From the sequence record DRR723986_5249: a stretch of 59,953 nucleotides of DNA; one strand, 5' to 3'. The stretch's first letter is position 1. Each line of letters starts with the position of its first letter. The notes below the pieces were generated by a model. The model worked only from the letters and a program-made list of their open reading frames with translations. It did no database searches and was not told the origin of the DNA. A program made the translations under genes and the position numbers. Below are positions 26,751 through 37,155 of the stretch, in pieces.

Positions 26751-29135
26751 TTACAGAAGTGATACCACGCCGGTATCAGCGTTGAGGCGGATACTGTCGC
26801 CGGTTTTTATTCGTTGGGTGGCAACGCGGGTATTTACGATTGCCGGCAGGCCGTACTCTCTGGCAATGACCGCGCCATGGGAGACTGAGCTTCCCACGTC
26901 GGTAATGAGTCCGGCTATTGAGCTGAAGTACGGGGTCCAGCCTACATCGGTGATGGGCGCCACAAGGATTTCACCGGGCTGAAGCCCAGCGGCATCGCTA
27001 ACGCTAAACGCCACCCTGGCCTTGCCCTCGACCAGGCCAGAGGAAACCGGCCGCCCGAGAATGTCGCCACCGCTGTCCGCGCTCTGCAGTCGACGGTCGA
27101 GTGGTTGTGGAGGGCCCACGCAGATTTCATTGAAATCGAGTTTATTTTGAAAGGCGAGGGCGGTTCGACGATTGCTGGCTTTTTCTTTCTCCAGCGCTGT
27201 GTCAGCGGAGCGGACGACGCTCATGAGTTCATCGTGGGTGAAAAAGAAAACCTGATCGGCGTCGTCCAGCTTTCCTTCGCGGTGAAGTTGCTCACCTAGC
27301 GCCCGGTAGCAGCGCTTGAAACGGTTGGCGATGTCGACCAGTAGTGATTTCGTTGCCTCTCGTCGGCGAATAGCCGCGTGCGCCTTGGGCAATATCCAGC
27401 GTACGCCTCGACTCAGTTGGCTAGTGTCGACTGCCTGAGGCTTTGGGTTCACCGCCTTGCCTGAACGGCGCGCGCTTACCGAGGCCTGCAATGTGGTGAC
27501 CAATGTCTCGGGCGCATCTGCCCAGCAGGCTTCTCGCATGCAGAGTTCCCGGTAGCCACGGTGACCGTGGCGATGTAAAAATGCCTTAAAGTCGTCAGAC
27601 ACTATTGTGCTACTGGCTAGCCACTCGAAAGCGTCAGTTGGCGAGGCATCGACGAAAGCCTGAGCGTCGCGCTCATATTGAGCGATTTTCTCGACAATGG
27701 CATCCAGCTGCTCGACGAGGATCGCGCTTTCTACGCCGCTTGCGCCAGCCATTAAGTTTGCCGCTTGTGCTTGTTCTGCCGCGTTGCTTTCCTGTCCCCC
27801 GGAGATCATGGATTGGAGGATATTGCTGGCCACTCCTGAGGTTGTGGAAGATTGAAGGTGGACGGCCATTGCCTCGGAATAGAAGGGCAAGGCCGTGTCC
27901 AGCGCGTGAGCGATTTCCACGCTATTGCCAGAAATTGGTAGGTCGAAGTCGTTGGCCTTTTTGCTGAATCTTGCGATGACGTCATCGGCTTTTTGAAGAT
28001 ATCGGAGCATTTTTACGGTGCCAATTAGGCGTATCCACCAGGGACGCTTGGGGGGCTCTTGAAGCTCATCCACCACTCCACCGCACAGACTGTAGCCCAT
28101 CGATTTTGCGTCCACCCCGAGTACGTTGGCAGCGGCAGCGATTGATCCGCTGAGGTTGATGAAGAGCTTGCCGTGACTCATTGCTATTTGCGTCCAGTCA
28201 TCGGTTACGGCTTTGCGACCGGCATAACTCACATGCATGTGTTGCATGCCATTTTCTATGCTTCGCCCCGTGGTCGAAAAGGTTAGGGGGCAGACGGCGC
28301 CCGGCATCATTTCGCCGACGTTGCAGCGCGTGACAACGTCAGTGGCGTTGATTGGTGTATCTAACTCGTTTAGGTCAGTCCCGATGGTGGTGATCGGCCG
28401 AGCTTGCAGCCAGAAGATGCGGCCCTGGCTGTCAGCGGCCCACTCCAGGTCAAGCGGGATACCGGCCTGTTGGCTAGCGTGCTTGGCTTGAGCAACGAGG
28501 GCGTCGAGTAGCGCGTCGAAGAGTATCGGCGTATCGCCGATAAGCTCAGAGTAGCTTAGCTGGCCACTGCGGTTAAATTCGTAGTGATCGGGTGTCGCTT
28601 CCCCGCTGACGAGTGATTCGCCGAGCCCCTCTACGGCGTCCACGACAAGCCGGTCGTGGCGGCCCGATACCGGGTCTACCGTGAATACCACGCCGGCGGC
28701 GCTGGCATCTACCATGGTTTGCACAACAACGTTCATTTGCACGCCATGAATATTGTTCTTGCCTTGGTAAGCACTGGCCCGTTGGCTGTGTAGCGATGTG
28801 ACGCAGCGGTCTATTGCGGCTTTTAGGTCGTCGAGTCCCTCGACGTTGAGGATACTTTCATACTGGCCGGCGAAGGAGCTCTCCGCACCGTCTTCTCCCA
28901 TTGCCGATGATCGAACGGCGACCTTTGGGCCACCGAGCTTCTGGTAATAGTCGGCCAATGCTTCAGGGTGCTTGCCACATTGCGCATTAACGATAACAAA
29001 GCCACTGGGCACCGTAAGCCCCCAGCGCATCAGTTGGTTGAGGCCGCTGGCTTTACCGCCCATGGCAAGCAATGCATCTTGGCTTGTATCGGTATCGTTT
29101 AGCCAGTGAATAGTCGTCACGCTGTCGGTGATCAT
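26751..29135 (-). CDS. PEP-utilising dikinase with rifampin-phosphotransferase-like domain order (ATP-grasp / substrate domain / C-terminal His swivel)
   Basis: GGKASGL, AVRSSAMGEDG..SFAGQ, VQTMV, GLGESLVSG, DLEWA, LQARPITT; central HGHRG.RE; C-terminal TDVGWTP..SHGAVIAREYGLPA. Confidence 0.85.
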   Translation of the reverse strand: MITDSVTTIHWLNDTDTSQDALLAMGGKASGLNQLMRWGLTVPSGFVIVNAQCGKHPEALADYYQKLGGPKVAVRSSAMGEDGAESSFAGQYESILNVEGLDDLKAAIDRCVTSLHSQRASAYQGKNNIHGVQMNVVVQTMVDASAAGVVFTVDPVSGRHDRLVVDAVEGLGESLVSGEATPDHYEFNRSGQLSYSELIGDTPILFDALLDALVAQAKHASQQAGIPLDLEWAADSQGRIFWLQARPITTIGTDLNELDTPINATDVVTRCNVGEMMPGAVCPLTFSTTGRSIENGMQHMHVSYAGRKAVTDDWTQIAMSHGKLFINLSGSIAAAANVLGVDAKSMGYSLCGGVVDELQEPPKRPWWIRLIGTVKMLRYLQKADDVIARFSKKANDFDLPISGNSVEIAHALDTALPFYSEAMAVHLQSSTTSGVASNILQSMISGGQESNAAEQAQAANLMAGASGVESAILVEQLDAIVEKIAQYERDAQAFVDASPTDAFEWLASSTIVSDDFKAFLHRHGHRGYRELCMREACWADAPETLVTTLQASVSARRSGKAVNPKPQAVDTSQLSRGVRWILPKAHAAIRRREATKSLLVDIANRFKRCYRALGEQLHREGKLDDADQVFFFTHDELMSVVRSADTALEKEKASNRRTALAFQNKLDFNEICVGPPQPLDRRLQSADSGGDILGRPVSSGLVEGKARVAFSVSDAAGLQPGEILVAPITDVGWTPYFSSIAGLITDVGSSVSHGAVIAREYGLPAIVNTRVATQRIKTGDSIRLNADTGVVSLL

Positions 29136-29204
29136 CGTTTTCTCAGCTCATTATTGTTATGTGTGGTGTTGCTTCTACCGGTGATGGCGGCAAGCTTATC
29201 TTTG

Positions 29205-29220
29205 CTATACGATCGTATAG
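29205..29220. promoter_or_regulatory. Perfect 16-bp palindrome, probable TetR operator
   Basis: CTATACGATCGTATAG is its own reverse complement and lies between the divergent dikinase and tetR starts. Confidence 0.7.
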
Positions 29221-29301
29221 TGTTGGCTTTGTGTCAAGGGCAGTGCTAACTTCCTAAAATTGAAAGCATTTTTCTAATGAATTGGGGTAAGTTAAATTCC
29301 G

Positions 29302-29934
29302 ATGAAGGCCGGTAGCGGAGCGCCGAAAACGAATGAGCGCCGGGAGCGGGTACTCCGGGCAGCCGCGCAGTTATTTGGACAACTCGGTTTTGACGGGACG
29401 TCGTTTGCGTTGGTGGCGGAGAAAGCGGGTGAACAGAAAACCTTTGTTCAATACCACTTCCAAAATAAAGAGGTACTCTGGCGAGCGGCTGTGTCGCATG
29501 TTTGGTTGCAGCGAAATAATGCCTTACCGCGCTACATTGAAGATGTTTCCTTGCAGCGTGCGCCCGACGACAGGGAAAAAATGATTCGTGACTTGTGCCG
29601 AAAAATATTGCACTTCACGTTTGCTCACCCCGAGTGGGTAAAAATAATGTTTCAGGAAGCATCGGCGCCTGGGCCGCGCTTGGATTGGCTCGTCAAAGAA
29701 TTTATCGGCACGGACTTTATTGAAGGGCGCGCAATGATAGAGCTGGGCCAGCATCACGGTTTACTGCCAAAAGTGGATGCGATGGACCTTTTGCACATTC
29801 TGTCCGGCGCGTTGCTGTATTTGGTCAGCGTTGCACCGATAACTGAGCGAGTGTTGGGGCTGCGGCCGGATTCCAATGACTACATTGACCATCATGTTGA
29901 TACGCTGACACGCATCCTTCGGCAGCACGCCTAG
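29302..29934 (+). CDS. TetR/AcrR-family transcriptional regulator
   Basis: RERVLRAAAQLFGQLGFDGTS..VAEKAG....VQYHFQNKEVLW helix-turn-helix. Confidence 0.92.
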   Translation: MKAGSGAPKTNERRERVLRAAAQLFGQLGFDGTSFALVAEKAGEQKTFVQYHFQNKEVLWRAAVSHVWLQRNNALPRYIEDVSLQRAPDDREKMIRDLCRKILHFTFAHPEWVKIMFQEASAPGPRLDWLVKEFIGTDFIEGRAMIELGQHHGLLPKVDAMDLLHILSGALLYLVSVAPITERVLGLRPDSNDYIDHHVDTLTRILRQHA

Positions 29935-29963
29935 GGCCCGGGCATCCGCGTGGACTTCAGGCC

Positions 29964-30284
29964 TTATTGCTCGCCGCTTTGATGAGGGTAGTGCTGCCGC
30001 CATTCTTCAAACCCGCCGTCCATGCTGTAGACCTCGGTAAAGTCTTTCTCAACGAAAAACTGTGCGGCGCTCTGGCTGCTATTGCCGTGGTAGCAGTAGA
30101 TGATCAGCGGCGCGTCCGGGTCGGCGTCTTCAATAAACTGCTGTAGGTTGTGGTTGTCCAAATGGCTGGCGCCCTTGATGTGCCCCAGCTGGTAGGACTG
30201 CTCGTCGCGAATGTCGGCGAGTTGTGTCGAGGGCTGGCGCAGCAGCTGTTCGGCGTCTGAGATCGAGATGCGTTTAAAGGACAT
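29964..30284 (-). CDS. glpE: Thiosulfate sulfurtransferase GlpE (rhodanese)
   Basis: DIRD..SY..GHI, CYHGNSSQSAA, SMDGGFEEW. Confidence 0.92.
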   Translation of the reverse strand: MSFKRISISDAEQLLRQPSTQLADIRDEQSYQLGHIKGASHLDNHNLQQFIEDADPDAPLIIYCYHGNSSQSAAQFFVEKDFTEVYSMDGGFEEWRQHYPHQSGEQ

Positions 30285-30347
30285 AAGCGTTCTTATCAGG
30301 TCAGTCGGAAAATTACTGGTGAAATAACGGAGCGAGTGCGCGGGGCG

Positions 30348-33300
30348 CTACTCGCTCAGCGCCGGTTCGAGCTCGCGAGCAGACTTACTGCCAAACAGCA
30401 CTTTCACGTCTTCAAGCACGATATACAGGCAGGGTATTAATATCAATGTGATGACCGTAGCGAAGATGATGCCGAAGCCGAGTGACACCGCCATGGGAAT
30501 CACGAACTGGGCTTGCAAGCTGTCTTCCATCAACATGGGTAACAGGCCAAAGAAGGTGGTTAGCGACGTCAGCAGTATGGCTCTAAAGCGCTGACAGCCA
30601 GAGTCGACAACGGCGTCGATCAGGCGCTCGCCGCGGTCGATCGCCGAGTTAATGAAGTCCACCATAATCAGGCTGTCGTTGACGACAACGCCGGATAGCG
30701 CGATAACGCCGAAGAACGACATCATACTGAAGGACAGGTCCGTCACAATATGGCCGAACACCGCGCCGATAATGCCAAACGGGATCACCCCCATAATGAT
30801 TAGCGGCTGCAGATACGAGCGCAGGGGGATGGCCAATAAACCATAAATGCCAAACAAGGCGAGGGCAAAGCCGATCAGTAGGCTGACCATCAGCGTGCCC
30901 ACTTCCTCACTTTCGCCACTGAGTTTGATGTCCAGACCGGGGTAGCGCTGTTGCAAACTGGGCAGCAGGTTTTTAAGGATGCTGGAGGTGACTTTATCCG
31001 GCTCAACACGAGACTTATCGGCTTGGGCGGTCACACTGATCGAGCGCTCGCCATCGATACGCGTCATGGTTGTGTAGGCGGGCTGGATGGTGATTTTCGC
31101 CACGTTAGAGAGCGGCACAAAGGCCCCCTCGGCGGAGCGAATAAACATGTTTTGCAGGTCGGACACCGCCGCACGCTCATCGCGCGGGTAGCGAACCATC
31201 ACCTTCACTTCGTCGTTGCCGCGCTGAACGCGCTGGGCTTCCGCGCCATAGAAGGCATCGCGAATCTGCTGTCCTAGTGCGGCTGAGCTGAGACCCAGGG
31301 TTTCCGCCTCGGGGAGAATTTCCAGGACAATTTCATCGCGAAGCGCGCTGGCACCATTGCGAATATCGTAGACGCCCTCATAGCGGCGCAGAGCATTTTC
31401 CACTTGTGCTGCGGCAGCGGTAAGGTCTTCCGGGTGGGGGCTGCTGATCTTTAGGGAGATCGACGGGCCCATCTGTTGGTCGGCAATACTCACTGCCAGC
31501 ACCTTGGCACCGGGGATATCACCAATTTCTTCGCGCCAGCGCCGCGCAATTTCCGCACCGTCGATATCGCGCATGTCATTCTTGGTGAGCTCGGCCATAA
31601 ACGTCACGTGACGTCCACCGCGACCAAAGGCGGCAACGTGGCTGATTAGGGCGCGGTTGTCGTCGTTGGCATGGGCCGCGGAATAGGCCTCATTGACCTT
31701 ACGGAGGCTGCTGTCCATATGTTCGAAGGCGCGGCGCGTTTCTTCCTCGGGGGTGCCTTCAACCATTTCCAGATTTGCCTGAACGAAGTCGCCGGGCACT
31801 TCGGGGATCATGACGAAATGCACCACTCCGCCGGCAACCAGCCCCACCGTGACGATGAGCATGGCGGTGAAGCTCGCGCCGGTGATATAGCGCTGGGCAA
31901 TGGCCCGCTTAATAAAAGGCCGGTAGGTGTTTTCGACAAAATTACTGAGTATTGCGTTGGACTTTGCCGGAATGCGATCGAGCTTTTGCCAAATGGGCCC
32001 AGTGCCGGGCGAACTGTGTGCCAGGTGAGCGGGGAGAATCCACTTCGACTCCACCAGTGAAAATGCCAGACACAGGATAACAACCCAACCGACGGACTCC
32101 GGGAACGGCGCGAAGGTACCGCTGGCGAACAGGGTTGGCGAGAACGCCATAATGGTGGTGAGTACGCCAAAGGTGGCGGGGGTGGCTACGCGCAAGGCAC
32201 CTTTAATAACGGTGTCGACGGAGTGGCCGCTTTTTTCTGCTTCCGCGTAGGCGCTTTCACCAATGATGATCGCGTCATCAACCACGATACCCAGCACCAA
32301 AATAAAGCCAAACAGGCTGAGCATATTCAGGCTGATATCGACCATTGGCATCAGCGCGAAGGTGCCGAGGAAGCAGATCGGCAAGCCGACCATTACCCAG
32401 AACGCCAGCTTGATATTCAGGAACAAACTCAACACCACAAATACCAGTAAGGCGCCCATGCTGAGGTTGTCGAGCATCATGCTCATACGACCTTTCAGGT
32501 AGTAGCTGATGTCGGCAAACTGCGCAATTTCAACGCCCTCCGGCAATTGCTCGCGCTTGTTTTCGACATAGCGGCTGACCGCCTCGGCAACGCGGATTAA
32601 ATCCTGGCTACCTACGGAGAAGACTTGCAGGCCGAGGCTGGGTTTGCCGTCGAAGTATGCAAAGCCGTCAACTTCCTCAAAGCCGTCGTTAATCGTCGCA
32701 ATATCGGCCAGCGTTAAGCGGGTACCGTCGGGGAAGCTTTTTACAACTAGGCGTTCAAACTCCTGCTGCTGGCGCGCCTGGCCTTGGGTTCGCAGGGAGA
32801 TATTGCCGTTGCTGGTTTTAATGGTGCCGCCGGGCAGGTCAAGCGACGAGCGACGAATGGCATCGGCGACATCGCTGAGGGTCAGCTGGTACTCGAGCAA
32901 TCGGTGCTCGGGAATTTCGATGCTGATCTCAAAGTCGCGGGCGCCGTTGATCTGAACAAAGGCGATGTCGGGGTCCTGCAGCATCTCCTGTTTGACCTGC
33001 TCGCCCAGCGATTTCAGGCTGCGCTCATCCAGGTCGCCGTAAAGCTCAACGTTGACGGTGTGCTTCTGAAACTCCAAGCGCTTTACGATGGGGCGCTCAG
33101 CCTGTTCGGGAAAACTGACAATGCCATCTACCGCGCTTTTGATCTCGTCCATCACGGCCAAGATGTCATAGTCTTTGTAGATGTCGGCGCTGATCGTTGC
33201 CAGTGATTCGTCGGCAGTGGACTCTATGCTCTCAATCGCATCAATGTCCTGCAGCGCTTCCTCAATTTTGAGAATGACACCGTCTTCAACTTCCTCCGGC

Positions 33301-33494
33301 GTTGCGCCGGGGTAGGGAACCGTGATGCGGATGATGTTGATTTCGAAGTCGGGTTGCAGGGTGCGCTGAATATTCAGTGCCGAGCCAATCCCCACGCACA
33401 AGATGACGATCATCAACAGGTTGGCGGCAACGCTGTTTCGTGCGAACCACGGAATGATGCCGCGGCGAGTGTCTAGGTGCTCGGGAATAGTCAT
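30348..33494 (-). CDS. RND efflux transporter permease (AcrB/AcrD/AcrF family)
   Basis: 1048 aa. N-terminal TM, PYPGATPEEVE, GIVVDDAIIIGE, RFRAILLTSLTT, PMAVSLGFG. Confidence 0.93.
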   Translation of the reverse strand: MTIPEHLDTRRGIIPWFARNSVAANLLMIVILCVGIGSALNIQRTLQPDFEINIIRITVPYPGATPEEVEDGVILKIEEALQDIDAIESIESTADESLATISADIYKDYDILAVMDEIKSAVDGIVSFPEQAERPIVKRLEFQKHTVNVELYGDLDERSLKSLGEQVKQEMLQDPDIAFVQINGARDFEISIEIPEHRLLEYQLTLSDVADAIRRSSLDLPGGTIKTSNGNISLRTQGQARQQQEFERLVVKSFPDGTRLTLADIATINDGFEEVDGFAYFDGKPSLGLQVFSVGSQDLIRVAEAVSRYVENKREQLPEGVEIAQFADISYYLKGRMSMMLDNLSMGALLVFVVLSLFLNIKLAFWVMVGLPICFLGTFALMPMVDISLNMLSLFGFILVLGIVVDDAIIIGESAYAEAEKSGHSVDTVIKGALRVATPATFGVLTTIMAFSPTLFASGTFAPFPESVGWVVILCLAFSLVESKWILPAHLAHSSPGTGPIWQKLDRIPAKSNAILSNFVENTYRPFIKRAIAQRYITGASFTAMLIVTVGLVAGGVVHFVMIPEVPGDFVQANLEMVEGTPEEETRRAFEHMDSSLRKVNEAYSAAHANDDNRALISHVAAFGRGGRHVTFMAELTKNDMRDIDGAEIARRWREEIGDIPGAKVLAVSIADQQMGPSISLKISSPHPEDLTAAAAQVENALRRYEGVYDIRNGASALRDEIVLEILPEAETLGLSSAALGQQIRDAFYGAEAQRVQRGNDEVKVMVRYPRDERAAVSDLQNMFIRSAEGAFVPLSNVAKITIQPAYTTMTRIDGERSISVTAQADKSRVEPDKVTSSILKNLLPSLQQRYPGLDIKLSGESEEVGTLMVSLLIGFALALFGIYGLLAIPLRSYLQPLIIMGVIPFGIIGAVFGHIVTDLSFSMMSFFGVIALSGVVVNDSLIMVDFINSAIDRGERLIDAVVDSGCQRFRAILLTSLTTFFGLLPMLMEDSLQAQFVIPMAVSLGFGIIFATVITLILIPCLYIVLEDVKVLFGSKSARELEPALSE

Positions 33495-34717
33495 TGGACG
33501 CTGCTAAGCTCGGTAAAGGTAGCCATGCCTGATTCGCTCTGGGGCTTAACCAGTTCGGCGGTCGACATGCTGCTGTTGACTTTAACGGGGGTGCCGCTGA
33601 TGGCGCTGGGCACCGATGACAGGCAGATCCGATCACCTTCCTCAAGGCCTTCATACACGTAGACCAGCTTGCCTTCTGTGCGCAATGCTTTGATATCGCG
33701 GTTGCGCAGGGTCTGCTTGTCGTCGACCACCCACAGCTGATTGCCGGTGCGCAGGATATGCCGAGGAACGGCGATCAACCCATCGATTTTTTTGCCCTCT
33801 ATATCGGCTTTTACAAAGCTGCCATTGAGTAGGGGCTTGCCCGGGTTCTCCAAGCGGTAGGGGTCATTCACGCGGGCGACAACAAATAACACGCGGCTGC
33901 GTTCATCGAGCACGCCCTCGCTGCGCACGACTTCGGCGGGCCAGCGATCGCCAATATCATTCTCCAGAATGACTCGGGGGTAGGTGTCGTCCTGGCTATT
34001 ATTGGGTAGCTCCAAATAAGCGAGGCGGTCCGTTGGCACAGGTAGCCGTACTTCGGCAGTGTCAACGGAGAACATTTGGCCGACCGGCGTACCGGTACTA
34101 ACAAATTGCCCGAGGTCGACCTGACGCATTTTAATCAAGCCGCGATAAGGGGCTTTGATTTGCGTCCTGTCCAGGTTGATCTTGGCCTGGCGGCGGTCCG
34201 CGAGTGCGGAGTTCAGTCTGGCTTTGGCTTCGTTTAATTGCGGCAGCCTAAGCGCCAGCGCGCGCGCTTCTTTACTAGCGTGACGGCGGGGGTATTTGCG
34301 TAGGTCTTCCTTCGCGACTGCCGCGCGCCCTTTTTCCTGGAGCAGGTTGCTGTGGGCGGTGGCCACGGCGGCCTCAGCGCGTTTGAGTTCAGCGCGGTAA
34401 TTGCGATCGTCAATGCGCAACAGCACTTCGCCTTGTTCTACCAAGCCGCCATTTTCGAACTTGGGAGAAACGTCCATGACCTGCCCCGATACTTCGGTGA
34501 CCAGGCTGGTTTCTGTGCGCGGCTGCACGGTGCCCTGGCTACTCACGTTGATCGTCAGCGCCTGTTTGGTCGCAATGGCGACGTCGATGATCAGTGAATG
34601 CTGCTCAACGTCCTGTTGTTCGGGGGCTGGGCGCAGCGCGAAAAGGATCACGGCAACGACAATGGAAAGGCCGATGATTGACGCGACGGCAATGGCCTGC
34701 TTGGGCAAATTAGGCAA
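33491..34717 (-). CDS. RND efflux periplasmic adaptor (membrane fusion protein)
   Basis: N-terminal TM, EVSGQV..V..G..V..GEVL, helical hairpin, L.RTQIKAPY.G. Its stop overlaps the permease start. TTG start uncertain. Confidence 0.9.
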   Translation of the reverse strand: MPNLPKQAIAVASIIGLSIVVAVILFALRPAPEQQDVEQHSLIIDVAIATKQALTINVSSQGTVQPRTETSLVTEVSGQVMDVSPKFENGGLVEQGEVLLRIDDRNYRAELKRAEAAVATAHSNLLQEKGRAAVAKEDLRKYPRRHASKEARALALRLPQLNEAKARLNSALADRRQAKINLDRTQIKAPYRGLIKMRQVDLGQFVSTGTPVGQMFSVDTAEVRLPVPTDRLAYLELPNNSQDDTYPRVILENDIGDRWPAEVVRSEGVLDERSRVLFVVARVNDPYRLENPGKPLLNGSFVKADIEGKKIDGLIAVPRHILRTGNQLWVVDDKQTLRNRDIKALRTEGKLVYVYEGLEEGDRICLSSVPSAISGTPVKVNSSMSTAELVKPQSESGMATFTELSSVQ

Positions 34718-34854
34718 AACAACGTTCTCTTTTTGTCGGTGGCGGCAATGCCGCCGGCGAGTCGATGGTTTATTGGGGCGCTATTCTAGCCTTATCTGCC
34801 ATCTAACAGTGTGAAATCTTGGTAAGAGCGGCGTCTTTGTCACACTTTGGGCGA

Positions 34855-37155
34855 CTATTCGTCGCCCAGAGGGATAGCGGGCGCCCAGCGCAACCAGCTC
34901 GGTTCCACGTCGGCGTGCAGCGGAAAGTGCTGGTTGGCTTCTGCCGGGGGTGCCAGACCGTCGTCGCCTCGCCCTTCTGGGGTAGCGAAGGCGATGCCGC
35001 CTTCAAGCAGCGATTCGACCGACTTACTGCGGATGGTCGTGCCGCTGAATAGGCCAAAATTAATGGCGACGCCGCTGGAATTCCAAAAGCGGGTGTTGCG
35101 CCGCACCAGCGTGGCGTAGCGGGGCTCAATATTAATATGGATTAAGGTACGGCGTGCATCGCTAGACAGTTCAAAGCCGTAGACTTCACCAACAGGAATG
35201 TCGCGATAAAAGACCTTCACGCCCTCTTTGAGTGAGCCGCGCTGATCAGCACTCAATATTACATTCAGCCCTTTGGCAGGCGCCCGCAGCGGTGGCGCGC
35301 GCTCCAAGCCGATAAACTCTGTGAGCACGTCGCCGCTGCCCGGTAGCACACTAATATAGGCGCCGGTTACCAGGGTTTCGAGATTGCGCGTACCTACTAA
35401 GCCCAGTTGCGGCTTCACCACCCAAAAGCGGCTACCTTCGCGGGCGATAGCTTTTGCCGAAGGCGCCAGGCGGGCACTGACCACAACGCCTTGCATGCTC
35501 TGGTCCAGCTCAACGGCGGTCACTTCGCCGACCTTGATTCCCTCGTATTTAATTTCGGTTCCCTTGCTTAGACTGGCGCCGCTGGAGAAGTACAGGCGAA
35601 TTTCTCTGCCCTTATCGGCAAAGCTGCTTTCGAAGTCCTCGTGCAGGGTATAACGCAGTCCCTCCCAGGCAGCTTGCGGGCGAGCCACTTCAGGGGTGTG
35701 AAAGGCAATGCCGCCACTGACAATGGTCGCCAGCGACTCGGTTTTTACGTCCAGGCCGCCGAGGCCACCGCTGATACTAATGCCGCTGGCGTTCCAGAAC
35801 AGCGATTCGCGGTGCAATAGGTGGGCGTAGCGCTGATGAATAAATACGCCGATTTCAACACCTTTGCGCTGTAGCGACACGCTTTCCACTTGTCCGACAG
35901 CGATCTTGCGAAAATACACCTTGCTGCCAATTTTCACCGAGCCCAGTTCGTCGGCCTCGAGCACCACCCTGACCCCAGGCGCACTGATCCGCTGGCTGGG
36001 GGCGTCGCGCAGTGCCGTGTAGCGTTCCTGCAGCTCGCCGTCTTCGCCGTCGACATTCACGGCGATATACGGCCCTCCCAGCAGGGTGTCGAGTCCCTCA
36101 ACACCTGAACCCGAGACTTTGGGGCTGACTAGCCAAAACTGGCTATTTTCATTGAGGTAGTCGTAATAGGGGGCGTTGATGCGCAGCTCGGCCTCGGCAC
36201 CGGCGGTAGGGCCAGCCTCATTAAAGCGCAAGTTCTCGACGCTGCCGATGCGAATACCTTGCAGGCGAAGGTCCGCACCCTGGTTGAGGCCCTCGGCGCT
36301 GTCGAAGGCCACCACAATGCGCTTGCCGCCTTCGGCGTGCGCGCGGTTTTGATGCAGCGTAAATCGGTGACCGCTGTCGACAGCGTCGCCGTCTTCGGGA
36401 CTGTCGAAGGCCACACCGCCCGCAAGAATGCTCGCCAATGAGCCGGTTTCAAGCTGGACGCCTTGCAGCCCCGCTGTGACTTTAACGCCGCTGTGGTTCC
36501 AAAATCGGCTGCGATGGTTGATGAGATGGGTGTAGCGTGGGTCGATGTGGGCAGTAATCTCCACACCGTCGTCAAGCAGTGTATAGCCTTCAATATCACC
36601 GACGTCGATTTGCTGATAGAGCACGGGGGCGCCAACAGATAGCGAGCCCAGCTCTTTGGCGTGCAAGGTGATTTGGAGCCCCGAGTCGCTGCGAGGCGTG
36701 GCCGGGGGTTCGAGTAGCGCGGTAAAACTGCGCGCCGCTTGACCGTCACCGGGTTGAAAACTGATGTAGTTGCCGGCGACCAGGGTGTCGAGCCCCGAGA
36801 CGCCAGAGAGCGAGATTTGCGGTTTAACCAGCCAGAACTTGGTGTTCTCGTTAATCAGTGGCTCGATCTGTGTTTGCAGGTCCAGCGTGGCATTTACCCC
36901 TTTTAGCGCGTCGTCGAGTTGAAGTTGACTGACGCTACCCACGGTAATTCCTTGGTATACCACGGGCGTTTTGCCAGCGGTAATGCCGCTGCCATTGTCA
37001 AAGTGTACGGTCACCTGCAGGGCATTGCTGCTCAGGTTTTCGTAGAGCAACCACATTGCAATGGCTGCGGCCACCACAGGAAGTAACCACACTGCCGACA
37101 GCCGTTTTTTGGTTTTTAATTCGGCTTGGGGATAGTTTTGTTCAGTGTTTGTCAT
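34855..37155 (-). CDS. Multi-MCE lipid transport tunnel protein (LetB/PqiB family), six MCE domains
   Basis: N-terminal VWLLP TM. Six repeats of G.....YxGI.VG.V / FW..P or FWN.SG. Confidence 0.9.
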   Translation of the reverse strand: MTNTEQNYPQAELKTKKRLSAVWLLPVVAAAIAMWLLYENLSSNALQVTVHFDNGSGITAGKTPVVYQGITVGSVSQLQLDDALKGVNATLDLQTQIEPLINENTKFWLVKPQISLSGVSGLDTLVAGNYISFQPGDGQAARSFTALLEPPATPRSDSGLQITLHAKELGSLSVGAPVLYQQIDVGDIEGYTLLDDGVEITAHIDPRYTHLINHRSRFWNHSGVKVTAGLQGVQLETGSLASILAGGVAFDSPEDGDAVDSGHRFTLHQNRAHAEGGKRIVVAFDSAEGLNQGADLRLQGIRIGSVENLRFNEAGPTAGAEAELRINAPYYDYLNENSQFWLVSPKVSGSGVEGLDTLLGGPYIAVNVDGEDGELQERYTALRDAPSQRISAPGVRVVLEADELGSVKIGSKVYFRKIAVGQVESVSLQRKGVEIGVFIHQRYAHLLHRESLFWNASGISISGGLGGLDVKTESLATIVSGGIAFHTPEVARPQAAWEGLRYTLHEDFESSFADKGREIRLYFSSGASLSKGTEIKYEGIKVGEVTAVELDQSMQGVVVSARLAPSAKAIAREGSRFWVVKPQLGLVGTRNLETLVTGAYISVLPGSGDVLTEFIGLERAPPLRAPAKGLNVILSADQRGSLKEGVKVFYRDIPVGEVYGFELSSDARRTLIHINIEPRYATLVRRNTRFWNSSGVAINFGLFSGTTIRSKSVESLLEGGIAFATPEGRGDDGLAPPAEANQHFPLHADVEPSWLRWAPAIPLGDE

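Noticed and set aside
26751-29135. Calling this gene ppsA or a bona fide rph resistance gene
   Set aside because: The domain order excludes PpsA, and rifamycin specificity cannot be established from motifs alone.
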